From Pyrodictiaceae archaeon (GTDB lineage Archaea > Thermoproteota > Thermoprotei_A > Sulfolobales > Pyrodictiaceae), in contig JALVSY010000007.1 in NCBI GenBank assembly GCA_027036135.1, forward strand, positions 1,092,880-1,156,879: 64,000 nucleotides of DNA, read 5' to 3'. The notes under the pieces were generated by a model that worked only from the letters and a program-made list of their open reading frames with translations, searched no databases and was not told the DNA's origin. The translations under genes and the position numbers were made by a program. This document shows, piece after piece, positions 11,350-20,669 of this stretch (the first letter of the stretch is position 1; the number at the start of each line of letters is the position of its first letter).

Positions 11350-13449
11350 TCAAGCCCCGGCCAGTGGTACTTCAAGCGACTTTGCTACTAGCCCGTCTAG
11401 GCTTCGTAGAAGCCACCTATTGCCCTGAAGGCTCTGGTAGCTCGTGACGCCGCCCGCGCCCATGAGGAGTTTCAGCTCCCAAGCAAGCTCTATCAATGTG
11501 TTCTCATAAGCCTCTCTACGCAGCTCATAGGGTTGTCCACTAAGCTTCCTATGTAACGTGTTGAAGAGTTTGCGTGGTGAAGCTAGGTCTGCTCCAAGCG
11601 CTACGAGCTTATAGACATCGGCACCGTCACGTAGCTGGCCAGCAGCAACCAGGGTTACGGTATCCCTTACACAGTTGCGCCAGTACTCGTCGTCGAGCCT
11701 AACAACCCATTCCTCGAGCCATGGTTTCGCTCGCCCATGCTTACCCCTAAGCTCCTCGTCAATGATTACTATCCTATAGCCAGGTGGCGGATAGAGCCCA
11801 GGCGGCACTGATATGGCGAGTGGGTGCTCCATGAGGCTGCACTCAAGCGGGTAGCCGAGAGCCTCGGCTGCTTCCACAAGAGCTTCGTCTATGCACGGGA
11901 CGGTTATGGGTGCCTCGTAGACCTCTCCATTAAAGATTCTTGTCTCTAGGCTTATCTCCTCGCGGTATGGGTCAATGCTGGGTCTTGTTACCTGGGCGGC
12001 CTCTATTCTCAAGAGGTCTATTGGTCTCTCAGCTGGAGTAGTATAGCCTGGCACGTATCCGCCCATGCCTATGATGGGGGTCTTGGCCCTCTCGTAGACC
12101 ACTTCCTCAACATTGACCTCATCTAGGGGGTCGCGGTACCAGGCTACTTGCCCTGGATCCGCTAGCTCAACGCCAATAGCCTCGGCGACACACTCGTCTA
12201 CATTATGGAGCTCGAGGAGGTCTCTTCGCCCCACTAGTTTCTGCAGCTTGTCCTCGCCCAGAGCATAGGTTATGAGCTTAAGTGTTCTCTCGAGGGCTCT
12301 TAGCCAGTTTACTACACGTCTAGTAGCCCATTCTATGTCTACTCGTAGTGGATGAGTAAGGCTATTAGTTAGCCCTGTCGGGCACTTGCCAGTATAGCAT
12401 AGATGGCACATGATGCACCCCATTGCTATGAGAGCTGCTGTCCCTATGTTAGCCATGTTTGCCCCTAGGAGGATTAGTTTGGCTATGTCCTCTCCACTAG
12501 AGATCATTCCCCCGCCTATGAGGAGGAAGCCCCTCCTAGCACCGTTGTGACGGAGAAGCTTATCCGCTACCGGGATAGCATAGTCAACCGGTATGCCTAT
12601 GTGGTCTCTCACTATACGCGGCGCTGCCCCAGTGCCTGCTCCAGCCCCATCGATTATGGCTCCGAGGGCCGATGAACGAGCAATACCCACTGCAACAAAG
12701 CCCACCTGGTGACTCGCAGCAGTCTTAACGAGCACAGGCTTTCCAGTTAGCTCCCTAAGCATCCTAACCCTCTGGGCCAGGTCCTCTATGCTGTAAATAT
12801 CGTGGTGTGGTGCGGGGCTTAGAGCCTCTGTCCCCCGTGGTAGCTTGCGAAGCCTAGCTATATCTCCTACAACCTTTGTCCCAGGCAGGTGGCCTCCTAT
12901 ACCGGGCTTAGCTCCCTGCCCAATCTTTATGTTCACGGCTATTCCTCTTCGGATCATGTAGCGATCTATGCCGAAGCGGCCACTAGCCCACTGGATGACA
13001 ATGTTCCTACTCTTAGCCACCTCGGGGTGGAGGCCTCCCTCGCCGACGCCGACTACGGCTCCAGCAATATCAGCTGCACGCGCCAACGCTATGTTTGGTC
13101 TACCAGAGAGTGCCCCGAAACTCATATCCCCGAGGTAGACTGGGACTCTTAGCTTGATGCCCGCGAACTCGAGCCCAACATCAACATCTAGCCTATCTAT
13201 TCCATTTGGCCCGAGCTTTCTCTGCAAGTCCTCTAGCTCACTTGGCCTCAAGTCTCGGAAGCCGAGTCGATCGAGTATCCTGCCTCTTTTCCTTGGAGGG
13301 CTAATAGCTCTCGGCTCAATACCCTCGCTGGCAGCATGCCTTATCCATGCTATTCTATAGTGTTTCCAAAAACCGAGCCTGTCTCCCACGGGATGCTTAT
13401 AGGTATTCAATATAATGTATCTTTGCTTATTCTCTCTGGTTCTATTCAA
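11350..13449 (-). CDS. gltB: glutamate synthase FMN-binding subunit with a degenerate second copy of the domain
   Basis: MSFGALS, GEGG, QWASGRFG, KIGQGAKPGIGGHLP, SPAPHHDIYSIEDL, CxxCxxCxxxxCP. Confidence 0.88.
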   Translation of the reverse strand: MNRTRENKQRYIILNTYKHPVGDRLGFWKHYRIAWIRHAASEGIEPRAISPPRKRGRILDRLGFRDLRPSELEDLQRKLGPNGIDRLDVDVGLEFAGIKLRVPVYLGDMSFGALSGRPNIALARAADIAGAVVGVGEGGLHPEVAKSRNIVIQWASGRFGIDRYMIRRGIAVNIKIGQGAKPGIGGHLPGTKVVGDIARLRKLPRGTEALSPAPHHDIYSIEDLAQRVRMLRELTGKPVLVKTAASHQVGFVAVGIARSSALGAIIDGAGAGTGAAPRIVRDHIGIPVDYAIPVADKLLRHNGARRGFLLIGGGMISSGEDIAKLILLGANMANIGTAALIAMGCIMCHLCYTGKCPTGLTNSLTHPLRVDIEWATRRVVNWLRALERTLKLITYALGEDKLQKLVGRRDLLELHNVDECVAEAIGVELADPGQVAWYRDPLDEVNVEEVVYERAKTPIIGMGGYVPGYTTPAERPIDLLRIEAAQVTRPSIDPYREEISLETRIFNGEVYEAPITVPCIDEALVEAAEALGYPLECSLMEHPLAISVPPGLYPPPGYRIVIIDEELRGKHGRAKPWLEEWVVRLDDEYWRNCVRDTVTLVAAGQLRDGADVYKLVALGADLASPRKLFNTLHRKLSGQPYELRREAYENTLIELAWELKLLMGAGGVTSYQSLQGNRWLLRSLDGLVAKSLEVPLAGA

Positions 13450-13640
13450 ATGCTACACCTAAGAAGGTGGCCTGCTAATGGGAATAACTAATAAATGCTT
13501 TTTGTTCATAAGTTGTACGGATTAATGAAGCCTTGTTATGCCTCTCTTAAGGAGATTATTCTGCGTAAAACAGGGTTCTGAATGTCTACATGCTCTAGTA
13601 CTGGGGAGCTAAATATGTACCTTCTTAACTGGTGCGAATC

Positions 13641-15068
13641 CTAATCAGCGCCAGGAAGCCTCGCCTCGAGGCCTAGCTTCTCTGCTACGCCCAGAGCTGC
13701 TAGGTAGCCCGTAGCGGCTGCGACGTTTATTCCGCGGCTTAGCCCGGCGCCGTCGCCTGCTACGTATAGCCCCTCTATGCTTGTCTCCATGGTTGGTGGT
13801 CTCACTTTTACCCGGAGAGCATAGTACTTTACCTCGGGAGCGTAGAGTAGTGTGTGCTTGCTCCACACACCCGGTGCGAGATCGTCGAGCCTTTCTAGTC
13901 CCTCGAGTATATCTGTGAGTACTCGGAATGGTAGAGCCATGCTTATGTCACCGGGTGTTGCGATTTTCAGTGTCGGCTCTACTACGCTTCTCTCAATACG
14001 GTCCCAGGTGCTCCTCCTCCCTGCTAGTAGGTCGCCTAGTCTCTGTATGAGGGGCTTGCCTCCGCCGAGCTTGGTTGCTATGCGCGCAATGTTCTTGCCA
14101 TAGTCTAGTGGCTCCTCCATGGGGTCTGTGAGCTTTATTGTTACTAGGAAGGCGAAGTTCGTGTTAAGGCTCTTCCGGGTAGCATATGTCTCTCCGTTAA
14201 CGCCTACCGTGCCATCGGGGTAGACCTCCTCCACTACGAAGCCCCGTGGGTTTGTACAGAACGTCCTAGCCTTGTCGTCGAAGGTCTTAGTGTAGAATAT
14301 CACCTTGGGGTCCCATACCACGCTCGTTAAGGGCTCCATGACTCGGTAGGGCACCTCAACCCTCACGCCAACATCCAGTGGCCCTGGCTCGGTCTCCAAG
14401 CCTATTCTCTTAGCCTCCCTAGCTAGCCACGTTGAACCACTACGCCCCGGCGCAAGTATCACTGTCCTCGAGCTTATCTCGCCCCTACTCGTCACTAGTC
14501 TAAACCCGCTATGCCCCGGCTCTAATCGCTCCACGCGGGTAAGTGTGAGCAGCTTCACACCCATGCGCTCCAAGTAGTCCTCCATAGCCGCTATTACCTT
14601 AACGGTGTTCTCTGTCCCCATATGCCGCTGCTTTATAGGGATAAACTTAGCCCCCGCCTTCACAGCTCTCCGCTCAAGCTCAGAGCTCCTTGATGGATCG
14701 GGCTCGAATAATCTGTCACGGGGAGCGCCGAAGTAGAGGAAGACCTTATCAACCATGTCTATTAGCCTCTGAGCCTTCTCCCAGCTACCTAGTAGGCGGT
14801 GAAGCTCGCCACCAACATCTGGTCTGAGATTAATTATACCGCTACTGAACGTCCCAGCTCCACCAACGCCCTGCATTACGTGGCACGGTTTGCAATAGGC
14901 GCATTTACCAGTAACTCTTAGCGGGCACCGTCGCTGTGCAACGCGTAACCCAGCATCAATGAGAGCTACTCTTGCTCTTCCACGACTAGCCTCGCCAGCG
15001 AGCGCTAGCGCGGCGAAGAGCCCTGCAGGCCCAGCACCAACTATAGCTACGTTGAATTCCTTTACCAT
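13641..15068 (-). CDS. FAD-dependent oxidoreductase (COG2509-like)
   Basis: GAGPAG, CxxCxxC, GVGGAGTFSSG, RTFCTNP, YAPEVKYY, GDGAG. Confidence 0.8.
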   Translation of the reverse strand: MVKEFNVAIVGAGPAGLFAALALAGEASRGRARVALIDAGLRVAQRRCPLRVTGKCAYCKPCHVMQGVGGAGTFSSGIINLRPDVGGELHRLLGSWEKAQRLIDMVDKVFLYFGAPRDRLFEPDPSRSSELERRAVKAGAKFIPIKQRHMGTENTVKVIAAMEDYLERMGVKLLTLTRVERLEPGHSGFRLVTSRGEISSRTVILAPGRSGSTWLAREAKRIGLETEPGPLDVGVRVEVPYRVMEPLTSVVWDPKVIFYTKTFDDKARTFCTNPRGFVVEEVYPDGTVGVNGETYATRKSLNTNFAFLVTIKLTDPMEEPLDYGKNIARIATKLGGGKPLIQRLGDLLAGRRSTWDRIERSVVEPTLKIATPGDISMALPFRVLTDILEGLERLDDLAPGVWSKHTLLYAPEVKYYALRVKVRPPTMETSIEGLYVAGDGAGLSRGINVAAATGYLAALGVAEKLGLEARLPGAD

Positions 15069-16105
15069 GCTATCACCTCTCTTGAGCGATCAATTACGCA
15101 GCCGACTTCCTCGCCCGTACCTATGACCGAGACTGGGGCACCGAGCCTATCCTCTACCTCCTCTATCCACTTTCTCGCCTCCCTCGACAGCTTCTCCCAT
15201 GACCTGGCGCACCGGGTCTCGGGAAACAACTTGTCCAGCTTAGTAATGGCTATATCGGTAGCGGAGTTCGCTTTAACAGCCCTAGCCGCCAGCTCGTAGT
15301 TGAAAGCAGCTACTCTCCTAGGCCTACCAGTAACGGTGCCGTACTCTATCCAGCCAAGCTTCTCCGCCTCCTCGCGACTAATCTCGCCGAGCAAGGGGCC
15401 CGCGCCCACGCGGGTAACATATGCCTTAAACACGACGGTAATCCTATCAACGCTGCGCGGCCCAAGCCCAATTTCGCTAAGAGCAGCAGCGGCGGTCGTG
15501 TCGCGGCTGGTTACGAAGGGATAGGTGCCGTGGTATAGGCTGAGCCAGTATCCCTGCGAAGCCTCTACTAGGACTAGCTCGCCGCGCTCAATGGCTTCTA
15601 GGAGCAAGGCCTGGGTATCAGCAAGGAATTGTTTTAGGACAGGATAGTCGCGGGCTAGGCGGAGGCGGCGAAGAACCCTGTCAACCATCGCGGCCCCTAC
15701 ACCACTACCCGTCGAGCCTATATGAGACATGAGGTAGTAGTCGCTCCTCTCCCTCTCAACGTGCTCCCTCGTAATTATTCCAGTCATCTCGTCAACGAAG
15801 AGCCGACTAGCTACCCCTAGCTCCTCTGCCTCGCTAAGCAAAACCTCTAGAGAGGCAAGAGCCCCGCGAGCAACTATGAGCCCTGTCTCGGGGTTCACGA
15901 ACCCGGAGGGAACTATTCTCAGCTTGTACCTCTGCCCCCGGTATACAACGGTGTGGCCAGCATTGGTTGCCCCTGTGCGTACAGCGTAGGATGGGTTCTC
16001 GGCTAGGGAGAAATAAGCAGCTATCTTGCCCTTACCCTCGTCTCCGAAGAACCCGCCTACAACTATATGTAAGGGCACTGGCTCCCAAAGCCAGAGAACC
16101 CCCAT
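15062..16105 (-). CDS. purA: adenylosuccinate synthetase (short archaeal form; probable start GTG at 16078)
   Basis: GDEGKGK, NAGHT, GTYPFVTS, TRVGAGP, EYGTVTGRPRR. Confidence 0.95.
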   Translation of the reverse strand: MGVLWLWEPVPLHIVVGGFFGDEGKGKIAAYFSLAENPSYAVRTGATNAGHTVVYRGQRYKLRIVPSGFVNPETGLIVARGALASLEVLLSEAEELGVASRLFVDEMTGIITREHVERERSDYYLMSHIGSTGSGVGAAMVDRVLRRLRLARDYPVLKQFLADTQALLLEAIERGELVLVEASQGYWLSLYHGTYPFVTSRDTTAAAALSEIGLGPRSVDRITVVFKAYVTRVGAGPLLGEISREEAEKLGWIEYGTVTGRPRRVAAFNYELAARAVKANSATDIAITKLDKLFPETRCARSWEKLSREARKWIEEVEDRLGAPVSVIGTGEEVGCVIDRSREVIAW

Positions 16106-16273
16106 GGTTCTAGTAAATAATCCTTATTGACACCGAGCAGCAACAACAATGTTATAACGACTCTTATAAAAATACTGATGAGGCGACTAGCAGCACCATT
16201 GCCTCTAGGGATGAACCACAAGAAACCCAGAAACTCGTGAAACAAAGTGCAGTGTGGAGACGCGTTAGTGGTG

Positions 16274-17722
16274 CTACCAGGGCGCTATGGTGCTCCTCTT
16301 CGGCTCAACGGCCTCTAGCGGTGCCACCTTCACGAGGCGGAACCTCTCATATATCATCTCGACGCGCCCGGTCTCCGGCTCGATTATGAACTCTACTCTT
16401 AGTGTCCTGCCATTGGCTCTCTGTACGAAGACTGGGTTAGTGGTGCTCATCTCTGTTACGGGTTTTTCTGGCTCGAGTACGGTCTTTCCTCTCCTTGGGT
16501 CTATTATCTCCATTACTAGGTTGTCCCCTATTCTCTCGAGCCTGGCCTTGACTGTTCCCATGTAGTTGTGATAGATGCCCTCCAGCGTCTCCAGTAGCTT
16601 ATCCGCCCTTATGAATGGCAGCTTCTCCGGATCGTCACCCTCGAGGACCATGAGCGCTGCCATAGCAATGTCCCTTGGGGCTGCATCTGCGTTTGCTAGT
16701 ACCCCTATTGATAGGCGGTGCTCCGGTATGTAGCCGGCGAACCCTGTATAGACGTATACGCTCCCGCTATGCCCTATGAGCTTGCCCAGGGGATAGCCTT
16801 GGTAGATTATTGTGCCGAGCCCGTAGGAGTCGTCGCCGAATAGCTGGGTGGGTAGCTTTATCCGCGGCTTCTCCATCTCCTCGACGCTGCTCTTTGAGAG
16901 GATCTCGGTATCGCCTAGCTTCCCGCGATTAGCTAGCGCCTGCATGAATTTTGCCAAGTCTATTGCGGTGCTGTATATCCCGCCATCAGCGTATATCGTT
17001 GAGGGCAGCGTCATCGGCTTCGGAGGCCTCTGCGAGGAATCATACGGGGTCGCTAGCAACGGGTTGTTCTTCGCCTCCTCGTACCTAGCAGTGGTGTTCT
17101 GGAGTCCAAGAGGCCTAGCTATGTAGCGCTCAATGTAGTCCGCGTAGCTTAGCCCACTAAGCTTCTCGATTACGAGGCCGAGGGCTACGAAGCCCTCGTT
17201 TAGGTAGAAGAACCTCTCACCCGGAGAAGCGAGGGCCCAGTGCCTGGCACCCCTCTCGAGCCACTCCAGTACATGCCTTGGGTCAGAGTATGGGAGCCAC
17301 GTGCCTGACTGGGCGAAGTAGCTGCTTAGTAGTGCTTCTGCATAGCCTAGTGCTGGTATCCCGCTAGTATGGCTAAGCAGGTGCCAAACCCTGACAGGCT
17401 CGCCTTTGACGCGCAGCTCTATGGGGAGATACTTCTCCACCGGATCATCTAGGCTCAGCTTCCCCTTCTCAACTAGTTGCATGATAGCCACGGCTGTGAA
17501 GACCTTGGTTATCGATGCTATCTCGTACACAGTGTCAGGTGTAGCTGGCTTACTCTTCTCGAGGGAGCGGTACCCATAGGCTCGTTGCTCTACGGTCTTC
17601 TCCTCCTTCATGGCTACGAGGCTTAGGCCGGGGACATTCAGCCTAGACATCTTTGAGACAACGTAGCCGTGGAGCCAGCGGAGAAGACTACTAGTCAAGG
17701 AGGCTTGCTCACCGCTTTCCAT
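16274..17722 (-). CDS. beta-lactamase-family serine hydrolase (Pab87-like peptidase)
   Basis: SxxK (ASITK), LLSHTSG, YLN, HSG motifs, plus a C-terminal beta-rich domain. Confidence 0.85.
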   Translation of the reverse strand: MESGEQASLTSSLLRWLHGYVVSKMSRLNVPGLSLVAMKEEKTVEQRAYGYRSLEKSKPATPDTVYEIASITKVFTAVAIMQLVEKGKLSLDDPVEKYLPIELRVKGEPVRVWHLLSHTSGIPALGYAEALLSSYFAQSGTWLPYSDPRHVLEWLERGARHWALASPGERFFYLNEGFVALGLVIEKLSGLSYADYIERYIARPLGLQNTTARYEEAKNNPLLATPYDSSQRPPKPMTLPSTIYADGGIYSTAIDLAKFMQALANRGKLGDTEILSKSSVEEMEKPRIKLPTQLFGDDSYGLGTIIYQGYPLGKLIGHSGSVYVYTGFAGYIPEHRLSIGVLANADAAPRDIAMAALMVLEGDDPEKLPFIRADKLLETLEGIYHNYMGTVKARLERIGDNLVMEIIDPRRGKTVLEPEKPVTEMSTTNPVFVQRANGRTLRVEFIIEPETGRVEMIYERFRLVKVAPLEAVEPKRSTIAPW

Positions 17723-17797
17723 AGTATCCTTTTAGCTCGGTTATTGGTGCTCCTCTGCGCGCTACGGCTCCTCTACGTATCCTTCCACGATTAACTA

Positions 17798-18604
17798 GTG
17801 CCGGTAACTCCCTTGCTGGAGGTTTATAAACCTTGGTGTAGATGGCATCTTCACCCCACTATTTTAGGAACAACTAGGGAGTGGTTAAAGCGAGGCACCT
17901 TGACGGCCAATAATCAGGGCTACAGCATGGATCTAGCTGCACGCCTCCTACAAATACTCCGCGAGAACAGCCCAGTTTCTAAGGCGAGGCTAGCCAGGCT
18001 TAGCTCTATGAGCCCGCGCAGGCTCGAGAAGTACCTTAACGAGCTACTCATACCCCTGGGCATGGTTGAGGAGAAGAACACGGGCAAGAAGAAAACCTAC
18101 ATAATAACGCCCCTCGGAGTAATGGCCTCGATACTCCTCGGCACCCTCGGCGAACTCTTCGACAAGGAGAGGCATGAGCTAAGGAAAGAGATAGTGAGCA
18201 GGGTAGAGGAGGAACTAAGAGCCCGAGGGCTAAAGACAAGGAACCTTCTCCTAGCACGCTGTAGCCTAGCAACACCAGCGGACTTGCAAGTAACAAGAGA
18301 GGGGCGTAGTGTCCTCCTATACGTTGCTACAAGCGGTGACGAGGCCCTAGTAAAAGCTATCCTAGGCCTAGGGGTAAGTGCTCTCAGTAAGAGGAGGACA
18401 ATCGTGATAGTTGCTACGCCCGAGAAGCCCTGTATAAGCCTTAGTGATAGAGGTAATGAGAGAGTCTACATAATCTACTATGACCCTGGAAGCGTTGAGG
18501 GCGCAGCAAGGGAAATAGCTGAGAGCGTGGAACGAGTCTTAGGAGAGAACCAAATAGCCTACGAGGCGGCGACAACACCTAGTATACGCGTACTCAAGAT
18601 ATAA
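17798..18604 (+). CDS. winged-helix protein with an uncharacterised C-terminal alpha/beta domain (probable start ATG at 17927)
   Basis: SKARLARL...LEKYLNELL..GMVEE...YIITPLG wHTH pattern. Confidence 0.6.
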   Translation: MPVTPLLEVYKPWCRWHLHPTILGTTREWLKRGTLTANNQGYSMDLAARLLQILRENSPVSKARLARLSSMSPRRLEKYLNELLIPLGMVEEKNTGKKKTYIITPLGVMASILLGTLGELFDKERHELRKEIVSRVEEELRARGLKTRNLLLARCSLATPADLQVTREGRSVLLYVATSGDEALVKAILGLGVSALSKRRTIVIVATPEKPCISLSDRGNERVYIIYYDPGSVEGAAREIAESVERVLGENQIAYEAATTPSIRVLKI

Positions 18605-18609
18605 TACTA

Positions 18610-19413
18610 TTAGCCTGGCTTGGCTATTAGCCATAGCTTCCGGCCAGCAACCTGGTAGCCTAGCCTCCGGTAAACCCTTATCGCTGGCACGTTACCAGCC
18701 TCTACATGAAGCATCGCGATTGCCCCGCTCTGGACTATGTCCCTACTTATAGCGGATGTTACTGCTCTCGCATAGCCCCTTCCACGGTAAAGTGGCTCGG
18801 TATACACGCCGCCTATGCACCCTATCTCCGGTAGCATGAGGTAGCGACAAGCCATCGAGACTATTCTCCCGTTCTCTATAACTCCGTAGCATCTCTGCTC
18901 CTCTAGCAATGCCTTGGCTTCCTCTTCGCTTATCCTCCTCCCCTGAGCCCTCTGAGCCCTAGTGAAGAGAGTTGCATGTACTGGTCTTAGCCGGGTAACG
19001 CTGCCTAGGAAGAATGGCTGAAACCACTCCTCCCGGAGAACCATGTCGAGATAAATACTCTCCTCGACTACCTTGTAGCCATGCTCCTCGAGGAACTCCT
19101 TGACAAGTTCCGGGCTCGATTTATCCCAATTGTATAGGTGAGCGTAGAGAGTGCCCACGGGTCTTCGCAGCTCTAGCAAGTCTAGTAGCTTCTCCCAGCG
19201 CCCCCATAGATGAATAGCTGTGACATCGTAACCCGTCCAGAGTAATGCGTAGCCAAGAACCTTCGGGCCCTCGTATAACGCTACGAGATCAATGCTATCC
19301 CTCTTGTATACTATGTCATAGACTAGGTAGCAGTGGAACAACGGATTCCTCTGATAAAGTGTGAACAATGAGCGTAACTTATTGTAGTCTAGTTCCTCGA
19401 GACCAAGTATCAA
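18610..19413 (-). CDS. GNAT family N-acetyltransferase
   Basis: VYTEPLYRGRGYA and NVPAIRVYRRLGY motifs. Confidence 0.85.
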   Translation of the reverse strand: MILGLEELDYNKLRSLFTLYQRNPLFHCYLVYDIVYKRDSIDLVALYEGPKVLGYALLWTGYDVTAIHLWGRWEKLLDLLELRRPVGTLYAHLYNWDKSSPELVKEFLEEHGYKVVEESIYLDMVLREEWFQPFFLGSVTRLRPVHATLFTRAQRAQGRRISEEEAKALLEEQRCYGVIENGRIVSMACRYLMLPEIGCIGGVYTEPLYRGRGYARAVTSAISRDIVQSGAIAMLHVEAGNVPAIRVYRRLGYQVAGRKLWLIAKPG

Positions 19414-19640
19414 CTCCCTTACACCTATAGAGATAGGGAAACCTGCTAAGCGTACAGCCCCAGCTCAATGCTGTTCATGGGCTCGAAGTATCGCTGCAAA
19501 CTTATCCAGGCTAACTCTGTAGCCACGGCTGGTTCTAGGTTCTAACCCGCACAGATACAACAAAGACAATATATACAAGATCTTGAAGAACGCCCTTAAA
19601 GCACCACGTAACTATCTCGGAGGGTCATGGTGCGAGGGCT

Positions 19641-20000
19641 ATGCGAGAGATCTGCGTCTCCGTACCAACAGATGATGGTGAGACGGTAAAGCTTGGACAC
19701 TTCGGGGATGCTAAGTACTATTACCATTATGTTAAAGAGGCTAATGGGAAATGGTCTCTGAGGAGAATCGTTGAGAATCCCTACACGGGGCAGCACGAGC
19801 ACGGAGACGAGGGGGAGTCCACAAAGAGGCCAAGAATATATGAGCTCAATAAAGAGTGTACATGCATAGTTGCTGCAGCGTTTGGGCCCGGAGGCCAGCA
19901 ATTCATGGAGAAGAGAGGCCTCCGGGTAGTAAAGGTAAAGCCGCGGACAACTATAAAGGAAGCACTCCGTATTATCGATGAGCTATGCACCCAAGCCTAG
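19641..20000 (+). CDS. NifB/NifX-family (FeMo-cofactor-binding-like) small protein
   Basis: HFGDA, ENP, FGPG motifs; 119 aa. Confidence 0.75.
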   Translation: MREICVSVPTDDGETVKLGHFGDAKYYYHYVKEANGKWSLRRIVENPYTGQHEHGDEGESTKRPRIYELNKECTCIVAAAFGPGGQQFMEKRGLRVVKVKPRTTIKEALRIIDELCTQA

Positions 20001-20526
20001 AAGTAAGCATAGCTAAGAGACGAGACAATGTCTCCTCCACGTGTTTATCCCCGTTTCTGAGATACCCGGCGAAGGCTTTCTCGAAACCGACCTGCTCATC
20101 AAAGCTACTATACCCCATGCTTGTCAATGCATCCCAGACATTGATGTAGCCAAGCCCCCTTGTCTTTGCAACATGCTCTAGGGCTACCCGGTGCCCATAA
20201 TGCCCATCAACAACGATAACCCTGCTAGCACCGAGGCGTAGAAGCGAGCCAGCAACCCACGCGACAAGGGCGGCATCCAAGTCCTCATCAAGGCTAACAC
20301 TGTAGCGATGCTCGGGGCTAAACGAGTACCCAAGAGGCCACGCGACAAGCCAGCCGCATTGCTTAGCCACTCGGCAAGAGATCTCGAATGCGAGCAGGGT
20401 ATCGAGCACCATTGGCTCCTCGAAATGGTCCTCAAAACTACCAACAGGTAGGAGAACAACTGCTCCCCTAAGCTCTCTATAACCGTATAATAGCTCCCTG
20501 CACCTGCTAAGAGTCTGAGTCGTCAA
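19972..20526 (-). CDS. creatininase-family protein (short)
   Basis: LPVGSFEDH..LDT, SPEH, VDGHYGH motifs. Confidence 0.65.
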   Translation of the reverse strand: MTTQTLSRCRELLYGYRELRGAVVLLPVGSFEDHFEEPMVLDTLLAFEISCRVAKQCGWLVAWPLGYSFSPEHRYSVSLDEDLDAALVAWVAGSLLRLGASRVIVVDGHYGHRVALEHVAKTRGLGYINVWDALTSMGYSSFDEQVGFEKAFAGYLRNGDKHVEETLSRLLAMLTSRLGCIAHR

Positions 20527-20669
20527 AGACGCTCCTTCCTCTTCGAAGCCCTAATAGCTTTTCTCACCTACCCCCGGCCTAGGGAGGTACTACTTATAGG
20601 AGTGTAATTGCCTTATTCCTTCTCTTTACTCGGAGGCACGGCCAGAGAGACCTCCCTAGCACTGCTTGG

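Noticed and set aside
16175-16245. Possible box C/D sRNA starting at CTGATGA
   Set aside because: No CTGA D box at the expected spacing
19641-20000. Nitrogen fixation implied by the NifX-like gene
   Set aside because: The family is widespread in non-diazotrophic archaea and no nif genes are nearby
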